Shown here: one piece after another, positions 47,074 to 57,667 of the stretch | Numbering within the stretch: the first letter of the stretch is position 1 | Layout of the letters: each line of letters begins with the position of its first letter | Origin: Vairimorpha necatrix | Lineage: Eukaryota | Length of the DNA: 64,000 nt | NCBI GenBank assembly: GCA_036630325.1 | Contig: CP142730.1 | Coordinates: 62,001-126,000, forward strand | Direction: 5' to 3' | Made by a program: the position numbers and the translations under genes | The notes under the pieces: model-generated | What the model was told of the DNA's origin: nothing | What the model saw: only the letters and a program-made list of their open reading frames with translations | Database searches by the model: none

Positions 47074-49365
47074 TTAAATTAATTTAATTAAATATTCATC
47101 TCCTGATATTTCTTTAATATCATAAGCTTTCTCTTCGTTGACTACTTTTTTAATGTACCTGTCGCCATCATACAAATTAAAAACTTTTATAATTTCTTTG
47201 AGTTTTACACATTTTTTCCCGTCTTTTTTCAGATACAAATCCACTTTCTTAAGGAAGACTGAGTTGTCTTCTTTCTTGGCTTTAGAAATGAATTCTTCTT
47301 TCCTTGCCTTTTCCTTCTCTTTTAGTCTTTGTAGGATACTTGAGTATTTATTGTTATTAGTATTGTTCTTATCTGTCTTATTGATCTTATTATCTTTGTC
47401 GCTGTTCTTAGCGTCTTTTACATTTTTTATATCTTTCTTTACATCTTTTTTTATATCTTTCTTTACATCTTTCTTAGCGTCTTTTACATTTTTAATCTTA
47501 GTATCTTTCTTTATATCTTTTTTTATATCTTTCTTTTTATCTTTCTTTGTATCTTCGTTCTCAAATATTCTTAGTCTTTCTATGTCTTCTATATCTTCGT
47601 CGACTTTGTTTACTCTCTTTTTTCTACTATCTCGTTTATCTTTTTTCTCATAATATCCTCGTATTTTCTTCTCAAATTCCTCGTTACTACATTTTATTTT
47701 ATAAGTAAATGTTTTCTTCTCTTCTATCTCTACTATCTTTATTATTATGTCTTCTGGTATAAGATATCTTATTCTTTCTATATCTGAGATATCTAGTCTT
47801 ATTTTTAATATATCTTCTATAGACTTCTTACACTTGCTGAATATGTTTGATAGGCCTCTGTTCTCATTGTATTTCTGTATAGTGGTCATGACTCTGAAGA
47901 TTCTGCTTAGTCTTAAATATTTCTTAGGTAAAAGACAATGAGGCAAGTCTACTGAGACAGAAGAGGCCCTGATGGGCAAGAAAGACAAGACAGTGTCTCT
48001 TAGAGGGAGAGTAAATTTGCCTTTACTTGTAAGTTTGCTTGTCTTGATTTTATTGTCTTTGCTTGTAACTTTGCTTGTCTTGATTTTATATTCTTTGATT
48101 GTCTTAATTTGACTTATAACTTTGCTTGTCTTGATTTTATTATCTTTAATTTGACTTGTAACTTTGACTGGACTGGAGCTATGGCAGTCTGGTGGCCAAA
48201 AATCCCTTAAAAGGAATTTTTAAAAAAATCACCCCAAAAATGAAAAGTCAAGAGGAAAAACTTTTTGAAATTTTTAAAATATATTGAAAAAACAAGCAAA
48301 TCATGTATAAAATGTGGTTCTATAAGAAAAAAATATTATGAAAATGTTATTTTTCGATGTACTTGGTCTAAATGTAGAAGTAAATGGTCTTTATTAAAAA
48401 AAACTCCATTCTACAATAACAAGCTTGGAATTAATACTATGTTATTAATTATTAAATCAAGGTCTGTTAATGTAAAGTATAAAGCTATTGCGGAATTTCT
48501 TGGAATTACCATTAAAAGTGTAAGAAAAATCATTTCTTTAACAGTAAATTCCATCGAAAATTCTGTTTACGTTGAAACAGGTATAAATGGAGGACCTGGG
48601 ATTGTTGTGGAAATAGATGAAAGTAAGTTTGGTAAATTAAAATACCATAGAGGCCATGGGTAGAAGGAGTTTGGATTTTCGGAATGGTAGAAAGAACACC
48701 TCAAAGGAAAATTGTGTTTGTTCCTGTTGATAATAGAAGAGCAACTACACTAGAAGAACTTTTAAAAAAAATATGTTCACCCAGAATCTATCATACATAG
48801 TGATTGCTTCTCTTCATATTCTATGTTGTGTTCAATTTTTCAACAACATAAGACGGTTAATCATTCAAAAGAATTTGTTAATAAAAATAAATATGCCATA
48901 CTAATACTATCGAAGGTAATTGGAGCGCTGTTAAAAGTGAAACTTCCATAAGGCATAGAACAAAAAAATTAATAAAGAGTTCTTTGTTAAGATTTATGCT
49001 TAGAAGAAATTTTGAAGGGAATTTGTTTGATAAAATTATTAAAATGATTTTTAAGTTTTTATTTTTTTCATCTTGACTTTTCATTTTTGGGGTGATTTTT
49101 TTAAAAATTCCTTTTAAGGGATTTTTGGCCACCAGATTGCCCTTTAACCGACTGGACTTGTAACTTTGCTATCATCGGCTTGACTGTCTTTGACTGGACT
49201 TATAACTTTGCTATCATCGGCTTGACTGTCTTTGACTGGACTTATAACTTTGCTTTTTTTATTGTTCTCTACTTTCTTAAGTGTTATTTCACTACTTAAG
49301 TCACTTTCTTTTACCAAACTGGCTCGTCTTTTTTTCCTTATAAATTTGTGAATATCTTCGTTCAT
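47074..49365 (-). CDS. CDT1: DNA replication licensing factor Cdt1-like (435 aa reconstructed), interrupted by a Merlin transposon
   Basis: Joining 49365-49150 to 48165-47074 gives one open frame. LLPKKYLRLSRIFRVMTTI...IFSKCKKSIED..IERIRYLIPE resembles the Cdt1 central domain, followed by SILQRLKEKE. Confidence 0.78.
48175..49149 (+). mobile_element. Merlin (IS1595-family) DNA transposon, 975 bp, frameshifted transposase
   Basis: About 79-bp near-perfect inverted repeats (48183-48261, 49063-49141) inside GG...CC termini. 9-bp TSD GACTGGACT at 48166-48174 and 49150-49158. Motifs GGPGIVVEIDESKFGK, WIFGMVER, IIHSD, VNHS, HTNTIEGNWS. Confidence 0.94.
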
Positions 49366-49459
49366 TTTGATGGTATGTAAATTTCAGGGGAATATAAGAA
49401 GAATAAGGAGGAATAAAAGGAGTAAATTACACGCACTCTTCTGTAATATTATAAATTTA

Positions 49460-49966
49460 TTATATAAATTTCCTTCTTTCTTCCATATGCTTCACTAATA
49501 TCTCTTTGATCTCATACCACTCAAATAATGTCAAATTATTCAAACTTAACGCTCTCCCTTCCATTTTACCAAGTCCACTTAGCGTCTTCTTAAATCTCGT
49601 CTCTTTTAATTTATCTATCAATCCTATACACTCTTCTTTCTTTTCGCAATTATAACTGTGTCTTATTATTAATTTCCCTGTACTAAATATATTACTCGGT
49701 ATATTAATATATTCCCTCTGGTTACTGATCTCATCTTCTAAAAGCTTACTAAGATACTCAAAGGAATAAACAAGAGGAAGTCTGATTTGTACTAGGCCGC
49801 TTTTTTTTAATTCTAGTGCTATAAATAACGGTAAATTAATAATAGAAAGTGGGTTGAGATCAGAATAAGACTGGTGGATGAGAGACAAAGAAGGAATAAA
49901 AGATGTGGGCTCGACTTCTAACAACTCCTCAGTGGAAATGAACTTCAACTCTTGAGGAGACAACAT
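49460..49966 (-). CDS. PSF2: GINS complex subunit Psf2
   Basis: Motifs MLSPQELKFI..E, LPLFIALELKK, RFKK, LNNLTLFE. Confidence 0.9.
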   Translation of the reverse strand: MLSPQELKFISTEELLEVEPTSFIPSLSLIHQSYSDLNPLSIINLPLFIALELKKSGLVQIRLPLVYSFEYLSKLLEDEISNQREYINIPSNIFSTGKLIIRHSYNCEKKEECIGLIDKLKETRFKKTLSGLGKMEGRALSLNNLTLFEWYEIKEILVKHMEERRKFI

Positions 49967-50519
49967 TTTAAAAAAGGGATTAATAATATGAACTAGATAT
50001 AAAAACTTTAAACTAGATATTTACATTATGGAACAAAATCAAAAATTAAAGCGCAACATACTAATAAAAAAATATATGTAATCGATATAAAGGCATGTAA
50101 AATATCAATATTATTACTGTCATGTAATATATCAACAATAAAACTAATAATAAAGACATGTATTAGATCAATAGTAAAGACATGTAATACATAATTTTAA
50201 GACATCTCGTAAAAAACTAAAGACTTTTAATACCCACCTAGTAAAGATCCTAAGATCAATGGTTAAATACAAATTTATATATTAAATTTACAAATAAATA
50301 TTTTTTTGATTAAAATATAAAACATACTACTAGTACCTAATTATAAAACATACTACTAGTACCTTATTATAAAACATACTACTAGTACCTTATTATTAGA
50401 TATGAAACATATAGAAATAAAAGTAGTAAAAAAATCTTCTTGATTTTTTTTTATCATTTTTCTGTAACTAAGTCTCATATACAAATATTTAAACACTTAT
50501 TAAAAAAACAAATAAAAAT

Positions 50520-52229
50520 ATGAAATTTACAAAATACTTAAAAATTAATATGTACTCACCTTACAAATACCACTACTTAGACTACAAACTACTAAGTAAA
50601 AACATCAACATGGACACAGAAAAATATAAAGAACTAATAAACCAAGAAATAACCAGAATACGAAGTTTTATAAACACGAAAATACAAGAAATAAAAAAAA
50701 GCAAAAAAAAAGTAAAAAAACTCTGTAAAGAAATGAAAGAATTCGCCGAATTTGTTAGAATAAATGTAGTAGGATTCAAAAGAATATTGAAACGAAAAGA
50801 TAAAAAATCGAACACATTTTTATACAAAATGTATAAAAAAGAATTAAATAAGATACTGAAATCTGTCGACAACTTATCAGAAATAATATACAAAACAAGT
50901 AAAGAAATGACTATTAATACTACTAGTACTAATAATAATCTATGTTTTGTAAGGAAAACTGATAAATATTGGGTACATCCAAATAATGTGAACTCTGTAA
51001 AATTTTTAGTATTGCGTCATTTGCCTTTATACGTCTTTAATAATATCTACGACCACAAAATCCACGATACAAACATATCAAGCGTCTACTTTGACAACAC
51101 AGAATATTCATTATACCACGACAGATTGAAAAAACTTCAAAACTCTGAAGCTATTCGTATACGCTGGTATGGTACAGACGACAATATAGTTTTTATTGAA
51201 CGAAAAAGACATGAAGATAGTTGGACAGGAGAACTAAGTAAAAAATTAAGATTTAAATTGTATGAAACAAAAGTGTATGATTTTATTACAGGCGGAAATG
51301 TTTGGGAAGATGTTAAAGAACTTAATGGTGATAATGAAGATATAAAAATTTTATATGATGAAATACAAAACACTATAGTTAATAAAAAACTAATACCTAT
51401 GGTAAGAACATGTTATAAAAGAGTAGCTTTTCAATTACCAAATGATTCGACTGTAAGAATAAGTCTTGATACGGATTTGTGTATGATAAAAGAAAATTTT
51501 GAGCCTACTAAAAGATCTTGGAGACGTGATAATATAAAATATTTATCAAAAAATGAATTAGTAAAATTCCCTTACGCTATACTAGAAGTCAAAACACAAT
51601 GCGCTGAAGAAGATAAACCAGAATGGATTATTAATATGACGAATGGATGTCTTGTTGAACATGTCCACAAATTTAGTAAATATTTACACGGGATGTCAGT
51701 TTTATATCCGAAAATAAATGAAATTCCTTATTGGTTACCACAAATGACTACTAAAATCTTGAAAGATCCATTTGAAGAAGAAACAGGTTACAAGGAATTT
51801 GATAATAATCAAGTCTTAATAGATATAGAAGCATCAGAACACAATACAGAAAGTACATTATTAAATCCTGTTGATACGAGTAATAAAAGGATTTCTATAC
51901 CTGTAAAAGTAGAGCCGAAAGTTTTTTTCGCGAATGAAAGAACTTTTTTGTCTTGGGTACAATTCGCGATATTCTTGGGCGGCATAGGTACGGCAATGTT
52001 AGGTATGGAAATTGATAAAGCGATGGTAGGCGGAGTTATTTTAATAGGAGTGAGTATAGTATTTGCATTTTATGCTTTGTATTTGTACTTGTGGAGAGCT
52101 GGGATGATACGAAGAAGGGAGTCTGGGCCTTATGATGATAAATATGGGCCACCCGTGCTTGTATGTGTGTTTTTGTTTGCTATGTTTTTAGCAGTGATCT
52201 TTAAATTCCCGCTTAAAAAAATTATTTAA
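50520..52229 (+). CDS. VTC4: Vacuolar transporter chaperone / polyphosphate polymerase (SPX-VTC-DUF202)
   Basis: SPX N-terminus (MKF..YLDYKLL), FVRKTDKYWVH, ISSVYFDN, RIRWYG, KFSKYLHG, VKVEPKVFFANERTFLSW. Confidence 0.93.
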   Translation: MKFTKYLKINMYSPYKYHYLDYKLLSKNINMDTEKYKELINQEITRIRSFINTKIQEIKKSKKKVKKLCKEMKEFAEFVRINVVGFKRILKRKDKKSNTFLYKMYKKELNKILKSVDNLSEIIYKTSKEMTINTTSTNNNLCFVRKTDKYWVHPNNVNSVKFLVLRHLPLYVFNNIYDHKIHDTNISSVYFDNTEYSLYHDRLKKLQNSEAIRIRWYGTDDNIVFIERKRHEDSWTGELSKKLRFKLYETKVYDFITGGNVWEDVKELNGDNEDIKILYDEIQNTIVNKKLIPMVRTCYKRVAFQLPNDSTVRISLDTDLCMIKENFEPTKRSWRRDNIKYLSKNELVKFPYAILEVKTQCAEEDKPEWIINMTNGCLVEHVHKFSKYLHGMSVLYPKINEIPYWLPQMTTKILKDPFEEETGYKEFDNNQVLIDIEASEHNTESTLLNPVDTSNKRISIPVKVEPKVFFANERTFLSWVQFAIFLGGIGTAMLGMEIDKAMVGGVILIGVSIVFAFYALYLYLWRAGMIRRRESGPYDDKYGPPVLVCVFLFAMFLAVIFKFPLKKII

Positions 52230-52531
52230 TAAATTTTTACAATATTAGTTTTTTAATTTTAAAGAATATTTTCTAGTATCTTAAGACTTACATTAAATTC
52301 ATTATTATACTTAGTTCTTATTTAAAATATGAAGAAGGTTTAAGATCGACCCGATAATATAACAAAGATTCAAAATTAAATTTTAAACTAATGTGTAAAG
52401 AAATAACTTTATTATATAAAATGTAAATTTTTTTTTGTTTTGTTAATATTTGGAAATAGGCATCTTATGTCTATAGCACTTACTCTAATATCATATATCA
52501 CTTATTACTTTGTATAATTTAGTAAATTGGA

Positions 52532-52640
52532 TGTTGAACTTGCACAAGATTTTTTAAATTCAATTAAAAAGTTGAACTTGCACAAGATTTTTTAAATTTT
52601 ATTAAAAAGTTGAACTTGCACAAATTTTTTAAATTTTAAT
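52532..52640. repeat. Intergenic tandem repeat (~39-bp unit x3)
   Basis: gttgaacttgcacaa(g)attttttaaatt repeated three times. Confidence 0.8.
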
Positions 52641-52661
52641 AAAAATAAAAAATCCCTTCCT

Positions 52662-52838
52662 ATGAACTTAGAAAAACAAGAGAAAATGTGCAGTGAACTT
52701 GACAAGATAATTTACGGTCTAGAGATGGAAATTATAGAAACTTGTAAATTGAACACAAATTTGAAGACACAACTAGAAGACATGGAAAAAGATGAATTAT
52801 TGACAATGGTGTGGGTATGTGCATACCCAAAAGAATAG
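52662..52838 (+). CDS. 58-aa ORF below the track cut-off, possible DASH/Dam1 complex subunit (Dad1/Dad4-like)
   Basis: A CCC motif precedes the ATG. The product is MNLEKQEKMCSELDKIIYGLEMEIIETCKLNTNLKTQLEDMEKDELLTMVWVCAYPKE, with a coiled-coil-like pattern and coding-like composition. Confidence 0.65.
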   Translation: MNLEKQEKMCSELDKIIYGLEMEIIETCKLNTNLKTQLEDMEKDELLTMVWVCAYPKE

Positions 52839-53117
52839 ATAAAAAAAGAAATTTACATTATTACCAAAAAAATAAATAATTTTATTTGTAAAAACTTTCT
52901 TTTCAAATTTCATTATTAGATTTAAAAAGTTTCTTATGTTTTTTAATCATGAAATTTATAGATACAATTTTTAATTGATTAAATAAAGAATTTTAAACTT
53001 TTTCTCATGTTTAAATTCAAAAAATAACTTAAAAATTTATAAAACTTTCTCATTAATTAGAATTTTATTGGAAAATAATCCAATAATAATTTTGATTTTT
53101 TTTTTTCTATCCCTAAA

Positions 53118-54434
53118 ATGAACGAATTCTTCATCAGGGGACTTTACCGTACACTAGATTTCTTAAATAAAATAAAACTTGATCTTCCTCCCATGACAAT
53201 TTCTTATTCTCAATCTGACATTTTATACACTGTTTATATAAACCTCAAAGAATATTCATACACATACTCATCTTTATTATGTACAGAAAGCCGTCTATAT
53301 AAAAATTCTATATTTTTTTGTACTTGTTGTAACAACTTAAAAAATTTTATGAGAAATTACGCCTTATTTTTAAATAAAAAAAAACAAAATTTGAAAATTA
53401 AAAGCGAATACAGTGACGACGACTTTTTATTGTACTTAATTGGGCTGGTAAAAAAAGATATAAATATCCTTTTTGAAGTAGTAAAGAGGCAGCCTTATTT
53501 TTGGGACGCTTATGTAGCTATAATAGATTTGTGTACTGATGAAAATGTTCCTGATGTAGATGGACCTCTTAGTGACTATTTTTATATGACTTTGTTTGTA
53601 AAAAAACAAATTACAAAAAAATCTTTTTTATTAAAAAAAGATTTTTTAAATTTAAAAGGTGCTGTTTTGTATTACAAAAGAGAATACAAAGAAGCACTTG
53701 AAGTTTTTAAGAAATGTGATGAATTTTCTGACTACCTAGATCTCTTTTCTAATATTTTATATATTAATAAAGATATCTTTTTATATGACGTGTCATATAA
53801 ATTAATAAATATGAACAGATACAAGCCCGAGACCTTGTGCTGTATAGCGAATACTTATAGTTTCAAAAAAAATCATCATAAAGCTATAGAATATTACAAT
53901 TTGTGTACTAATTTATTACCATGTTCTATGTATTTTACATTATTAGGTCATGAATATATAGAATTAAAAGAATATAAAAAAGCTATAGAATCTTATACTA
54001 AAAGTATAAGATTGTGTATAAATGATTATAGAGGATGGTATTCCTTAGGAAAAGTTTATGAATTATTAAATATGACAGAGACAAGTTTGTTTTATTATAA
54101 AAAATCTTTAGAGTATAAAAAAGATGATACGTTAATATGGTTGAGTTTAGGGAATGTTTATATTAATTTACAAATGTATGAAGATGGAATTAAGTGTTTT
54201 AAACAGAGTATTAAGTTAAATGATCCACTTGGATTTTTGTACATAGCAGAGACTTATAAGACGATGAAGATGTATTGCGAGAGTGCGGAATATTATGAGA
54301 AATATGTTTGTATGGCGAAAGATAAAGACGGAGATGTAAAAAGAATTTGTTTGTTTCTTGAAGAATATTACAGGAAGATGTGTGACAATGAGAAGAGTAA
54401 AAAATATTATGAGATGTCTCGGGAGATTGATTAA
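53118..54434 (+). CDS. CDC23: Anaphase-promoting complex TPR subunit Cdc23/APC8
   Basis: Motifs PYFWDAY, LDLFSNILY, YKPETLCCIANTYS, TLLGHEYIELK, DYRGWYSLGKVYELL. Confidence 0.92.
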   Translation: MNEFFIRGLYRTLDFLNKIKLDLPPMTISYSQSDILYTVYINLKEYSYTYSSLLCTESRLYKNSIFFCTCCNNLKNFMRNYALFLNKKKQNLKIKSEYSDDDFLLYLIGLVKKDINILFEVVKRQPYFWDAYVAIIDLCTDENVPDVDGPLSDYFYMTLFVKKQITKKSFLLKKDFLNLKGAVLYYKREYKEALEVFKKCDEFSDYLDLFSNILYINKDIFLYDVSYKLINMNRYKPETLCCIANTYSFKKNHHKAIEYYNLCTNLLPCSMYFTLLGHEYIELKEYKKAIESYTKSIRLCINDYRGWYSLGKVYELLNMTETSLFYYKKSLEYKKDDTLIWLSLGNVYINLQMYEDGIKCFKQSIKLNDPLGFLYIAETYKTMKMYCESAEYYEKYVCMAKDKDGDVKRICLFLEEYYRKMCDNEKSKKYYEMSREID

Positions 54435-54747
54435 AATATAATGTTTTTTTAAAATGCTTTTTTATAATGTATGTTATGAATTTACGTATTTACAAATTCA
54501 TTTTATAGTAAACTTTTAGATTAAATTATATAAGTTCGTTTTATTTGTTAAATACGTGTTTAGAAATTTAATATAAACTCGATTTTATAGTAAAATTCAT
54601 TTAATAGTAAACTTTTAGATTAAATTATAAAACCTCGTATTAATTTGTCTACAAATTCAATATAAACTCGAATTTATAGTAAAATTCATTTTACTATAAT
54701 TTTTTATTAAAAATTCAATACATATTAATTTAATGTATTATATAATT

Positions 54748-55509
54748 TTACAGTGCTTCTTTCTCTTCATACTCCTCGTTCTCCGGTCTTATATCATCAT
54801 ATAACCTTTCAATATCTTCCGCATTCGCTTTATGTCGATGAGTAAGATGATAATATAAACCATTCTTATTTTTATATTTCTTGTGGCAATCATCCACTGG
54901 ACATTTAAAAGGTTTTACTACTTTCTGCTTTTCTTCCGAGTGCACATAATTAGTGTGATAATTTAGACCATTTTTACTTGTGAATTTCGATTTACAAAAA
55001 GCGCAATCATACTCGATCTTATTCCTCTCTCTTACACCAGATATCTCATTAACAGTTATGTCTTCTCCATCTCTTTTTCTTTTTTCTAATTTATTCCTTT
55101 TCGTCTTTTTATAGTATGTATCAAGCACATTCTTCTCGAATGTGCTTATCACTTCATTCTCAAAACTGTTTTCTTGTTTCATAAGTATCGAGAAGTCGCC
55201 TATCACTCCACAATATATTAACATTTGCACCATATACGAGTCTACAGGACTATCACAATCAAGACATTGTAACTTGTCACTTATAAACTCGCAACTTGGA
55301 ATACAAGAAAGATCGCTATACAAATTTTTAGATATAATGTTGGACATTACAACAAGATTGTTAATAGCTCTTTCTTCTTTCCAAGTAAGAACTGGCTTGC
55401 TTTTTTTATAAAAAGAAAAAAGATTCGAATCTTCGAATTTATCATCAGTAGACGATTTTAAATCAGAAATGTTTTTTTCATTGAGAAATTTTTCTTTTTC
55501 AAAACACAT
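54748..55509 (-). CDS. C2H2 zinc-finger protein, Sfp1/JAZF1-like
   Basis: CAFC...KNGLNYHTNYVH and KPFKCPVDDCHKKYKNKNGLYYHLTHRH. Start placed at the ATG after the CCCC motif (55509). Confidence 0.85.
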   Translation of the reverse strand: MCFEKEKFLNEKNISDLKSSTDDKFEDSNLFSFYKKSKPVLTWKEERAINNLVVMSNIISKNLYSDLSCIPSCEFISDKLQCLDCDSPVDSYMVQMLIYCGVIGDFSILMKQENSFENEVISTFEKNVLDTYYKKTKRNKLEKRKRDGEDITVNEISGVRERNKIEYDCAFCKSKFTSKNGLNYHTNYVHSEEKQKVVKPFKCPVDDCHKKYKNKNGLYYHLTHRHKANAEDIERLYDDIRPENEEYEEKEAL

Positions 55510-55547
55510 GTGGGGTTTAAAATGTTTTTTTTTCAATAATACAGGGG

Positions 55548-55743
55548 TTTGAATCATTATAGTGCCATGTTTGAATTTCTATATTCCCATGTTTGAATTT
55601 CTATAGTGCCATGTTTGAATTTCTATAGTGCCATGTTTGAATTTCTATAGTGCCATGTTTGAATTTCTATATTCCCATTTTGAATTTCTATAGTGCCATG
55701 TTTGAATTTCTATAGTGCCATGTTTGAATTTCTATAGTGCCAT
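55548..55743 (+). repeat. Left TIR array: 9 x 22-bp TTTGAATTTCTATA(GTG/TTC)CCATG
   Basis: Head-to-tail units with no spacers. Confidence 0.92.
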
Positions 55744-55770
55744 AAAAATTTGAATTTTTTGTGCCCCTTA

Positions 55771-56757
55771 ATGGTTAGAAAAGAAAGAAAAACCATAACT
55801 ACTGAATTAAGAAACATAGTTTTGGAGTTATCGAAAGATGAAAAACGATCCATTGCCGAAATATCGAGGATGGTTGATTTACATCGTAAAACCGTTGCAT
55901 CTATTATAAGAAGACAGCACAATCAATCCGTTGGCCCTCTTCCGCAGTTGGGCGAAAGCGAAATACTTTCAAACACAGAGCGTGTTATAAAAAACATAGT
56001 TGATTGTGCTAATGATATGACTTTACAAGAAATTTCATCCGAGTTATATACACGAACAGGAGTAAATTTGACCATATCTTCAATATCGAAAAAACTAAAA
56101 AAACTCGGTATAACAAGAAAAAGACTTTCACTAATTCCTGTTGAACGTAATTCGTTGGACAAGTTAAATAAAAGGAGTATCTATGCAGCTGAAATTAGTA
56201 GGTACTCTGTTGAAAACCTAGTTTTCCTTGATGAAACTGGGTTCAACGCCCATACGACCCGTAGTTACGGATACTCAGAGAAAAACACTAAAGCCTATAA
56301 GAATGTGCCAGCAAATCGAGGCCAAAATATCAGCTGCATGTGCGTAATTACTATAAATGGATTATTGGCATATGAGTTCAAACGTGGAGCGTATAACTCT
56401 GAGAGTTTTATGAACTTTGTAGAGAATAAATTGTCTATGTTCTTTAGGAATTATCCTGGTAAAGTTCTAATTATGGATAATGCTAGTTTTCATCATTCGC
56501 GGGAAGTTTTACAAAAATTAAACAGTCTAGGCATCAATCATAAATTCCTGCCTCCTTATTCTCCACAATTAAATCCCATCGAAGAATTCTTTTCGATGCT
56601 CAAGGCAAGGTTTTCATCTTTTCGTAATACAGAAAGTCAAATTGAAACAAGGATTGAAAATGTTTTGAGTTTAAATTATAGCCGTGAGTGTCCTGGATTT
56701 TATAGAAATATGATGGAGTGGCTTGAAAAGGCAAGAGCAAGAGAAGACTTTATTTAA
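55771..56757 (+). CDS. DD34E transposase (328 aa, intact)
   Basis: N-terminal HTH, then VFLDETGF, LIMDNASFH and LPPYSPQLNPIE with 34 residues between the second D and the E. ATG follows CCCC. Confidence 0.95.
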   Translation: MVRKERKTITTELRNIVLELSKDEKRSIAEISRMVDLHRKTVASIIRRQHNQSVGPLPQLGESEILSNTERVIKNIVDCANDMTLQEISSELYTRTGVNLTISSISKKLKKLGITRKRLSLIPVERNSLDKLNKRSIYAAEISRYSVENLVFLDETGFNAHTTRSYGYSEKNTKAYKNVPANRGQNISCMCVITINGLLAYEFKRGAYNSESFMNFVENKLSMFFRNYPGKVLIMDNASFHHSREVLQKLNSLGINHKFLPPYSPQLNPIEEFFSMLKARFSSFRNTESQIETRIENVLSLNYSRECPGFYRNMMEWLEKARAREDFI

Positions 56758-56792
56758 TAAACTTTTTTATTTATTTTTAATTTCATCTTTTT

Positions 56793-56945
56793 ATGGCACT
56801 ATAGAAATTCAAACATGGCACTATAGAAATTCAAACATGGGAATATAGAAATTCAAACATGGCACTATAGAAATTCAAACATGGGAATATAGAAATTCAA
56901 ACATGGGAATTTAGAAATTCAAACATGGGAATATAGAAATTCAAA
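56793..56945 (-). repeat. Right TIR array: 7 inverted copies of the same 22-bp unit
   Basis: ATGG(CAC/GAA)TATAGAAATTCAAAC repeated. Confidence 0.92.
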
Positions 56946-57534
56946 ACCCTGTAAAAAAAAAATGAAAACAAATAAAAACATTTAGTAAATATTGAATGAC
57001 GTAGTACAAATTTAAGAAATGTATTTGATAAATTGATGAATGTAAAATTTTTATATTTTCAATAATGATTGAATTAATATGAAACGAGGAATGTAAACGA
57101 ATTATCTAATAGAGAAGGCTTTACTAGTGTATCGTATGTAAAATAAGATAATTAATTTGTAGAATATTTTTCAATAAACAATTTGTAGAATATTTTTCAA
57201 TTATTTAGTATATAATTGCAATCACTTAGTAGAATATTTTTTAAGCATTTAGTATATATTTTCAATTATTTAGAAGATATTTATCGGGATTGAAAAATCA
57301 AATAAATTTTTTTCATTAAAAAATAGATCTTTTTTTTATCTCGTCAAATTTTTTTTGATTTTAGAAAATCATCATATTTTGCTTGTAAATCTCTGTTTTA
57401 ATTTTCTGCGTATTATAAATATTCAAGAGCTTAAAAATCTTATGTTCAGATAATTTAAGTTAATTTATTTGTAACACAGATATTTTTATGAGTCAAGTTC
57501 TGTCTTAGTTTAACATTAAGAATTTAACGTATAA

Positions 57535-57667
57535 ACAAGTAATTACTGTCAATAAGTTTATTTATATTTTCCATTCCCTCTTTTGGAAATGTTTTTATAT
57601 GCTTTTTGTAGACAATCAAATCTGTCCAGTTGTAGAATATGATTGCCCAGTATTTGATCGGCTACGA
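57535..57667. repeat. Dispersed degenerate repeat, copy 2 (copy 1 at ~900-1032)
   Basis: Same orientation and collinear blocks as copy 1. Confidence 0.75.

Larger units (their letters stand above)
55542..56951 (+). mobile_element. IS630/Tc1/mariner-superfamily transposon (1410 bp) with tandem-repeat TIRs
   Basis: Ends TA|CAGGGGTTTGAAT ... ATTCAAAACCCTG|TA. The left arm has 9 and the right arm 7 inverted copies of a 22-bp unit, with an intact transposase between them. Confidence 0.96.

Noticed and set aside
41701-47941. Hydrophobic ORFs such as 41701..42201(-) and 47138..47653(+)
   Set aside because: Antisense shadows of Lys/Glu-rich genes. The same applies to most short opposite-strand ORFs in the track.
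55510-55557. MIQTPV... as the native start of the zinc-finger gene
   Set aside because: That ATG is inside the transposon end. The CCCC-preceded ATG at 55509 fits the host pattern.
55548-55743. CRISPR-like array of 22-bp repeats
   Set aside because: There are no unique spacers and no cas genes, the context is eukaryotic, and an inverted array lies on the other side of a transposase. These are TIRs.
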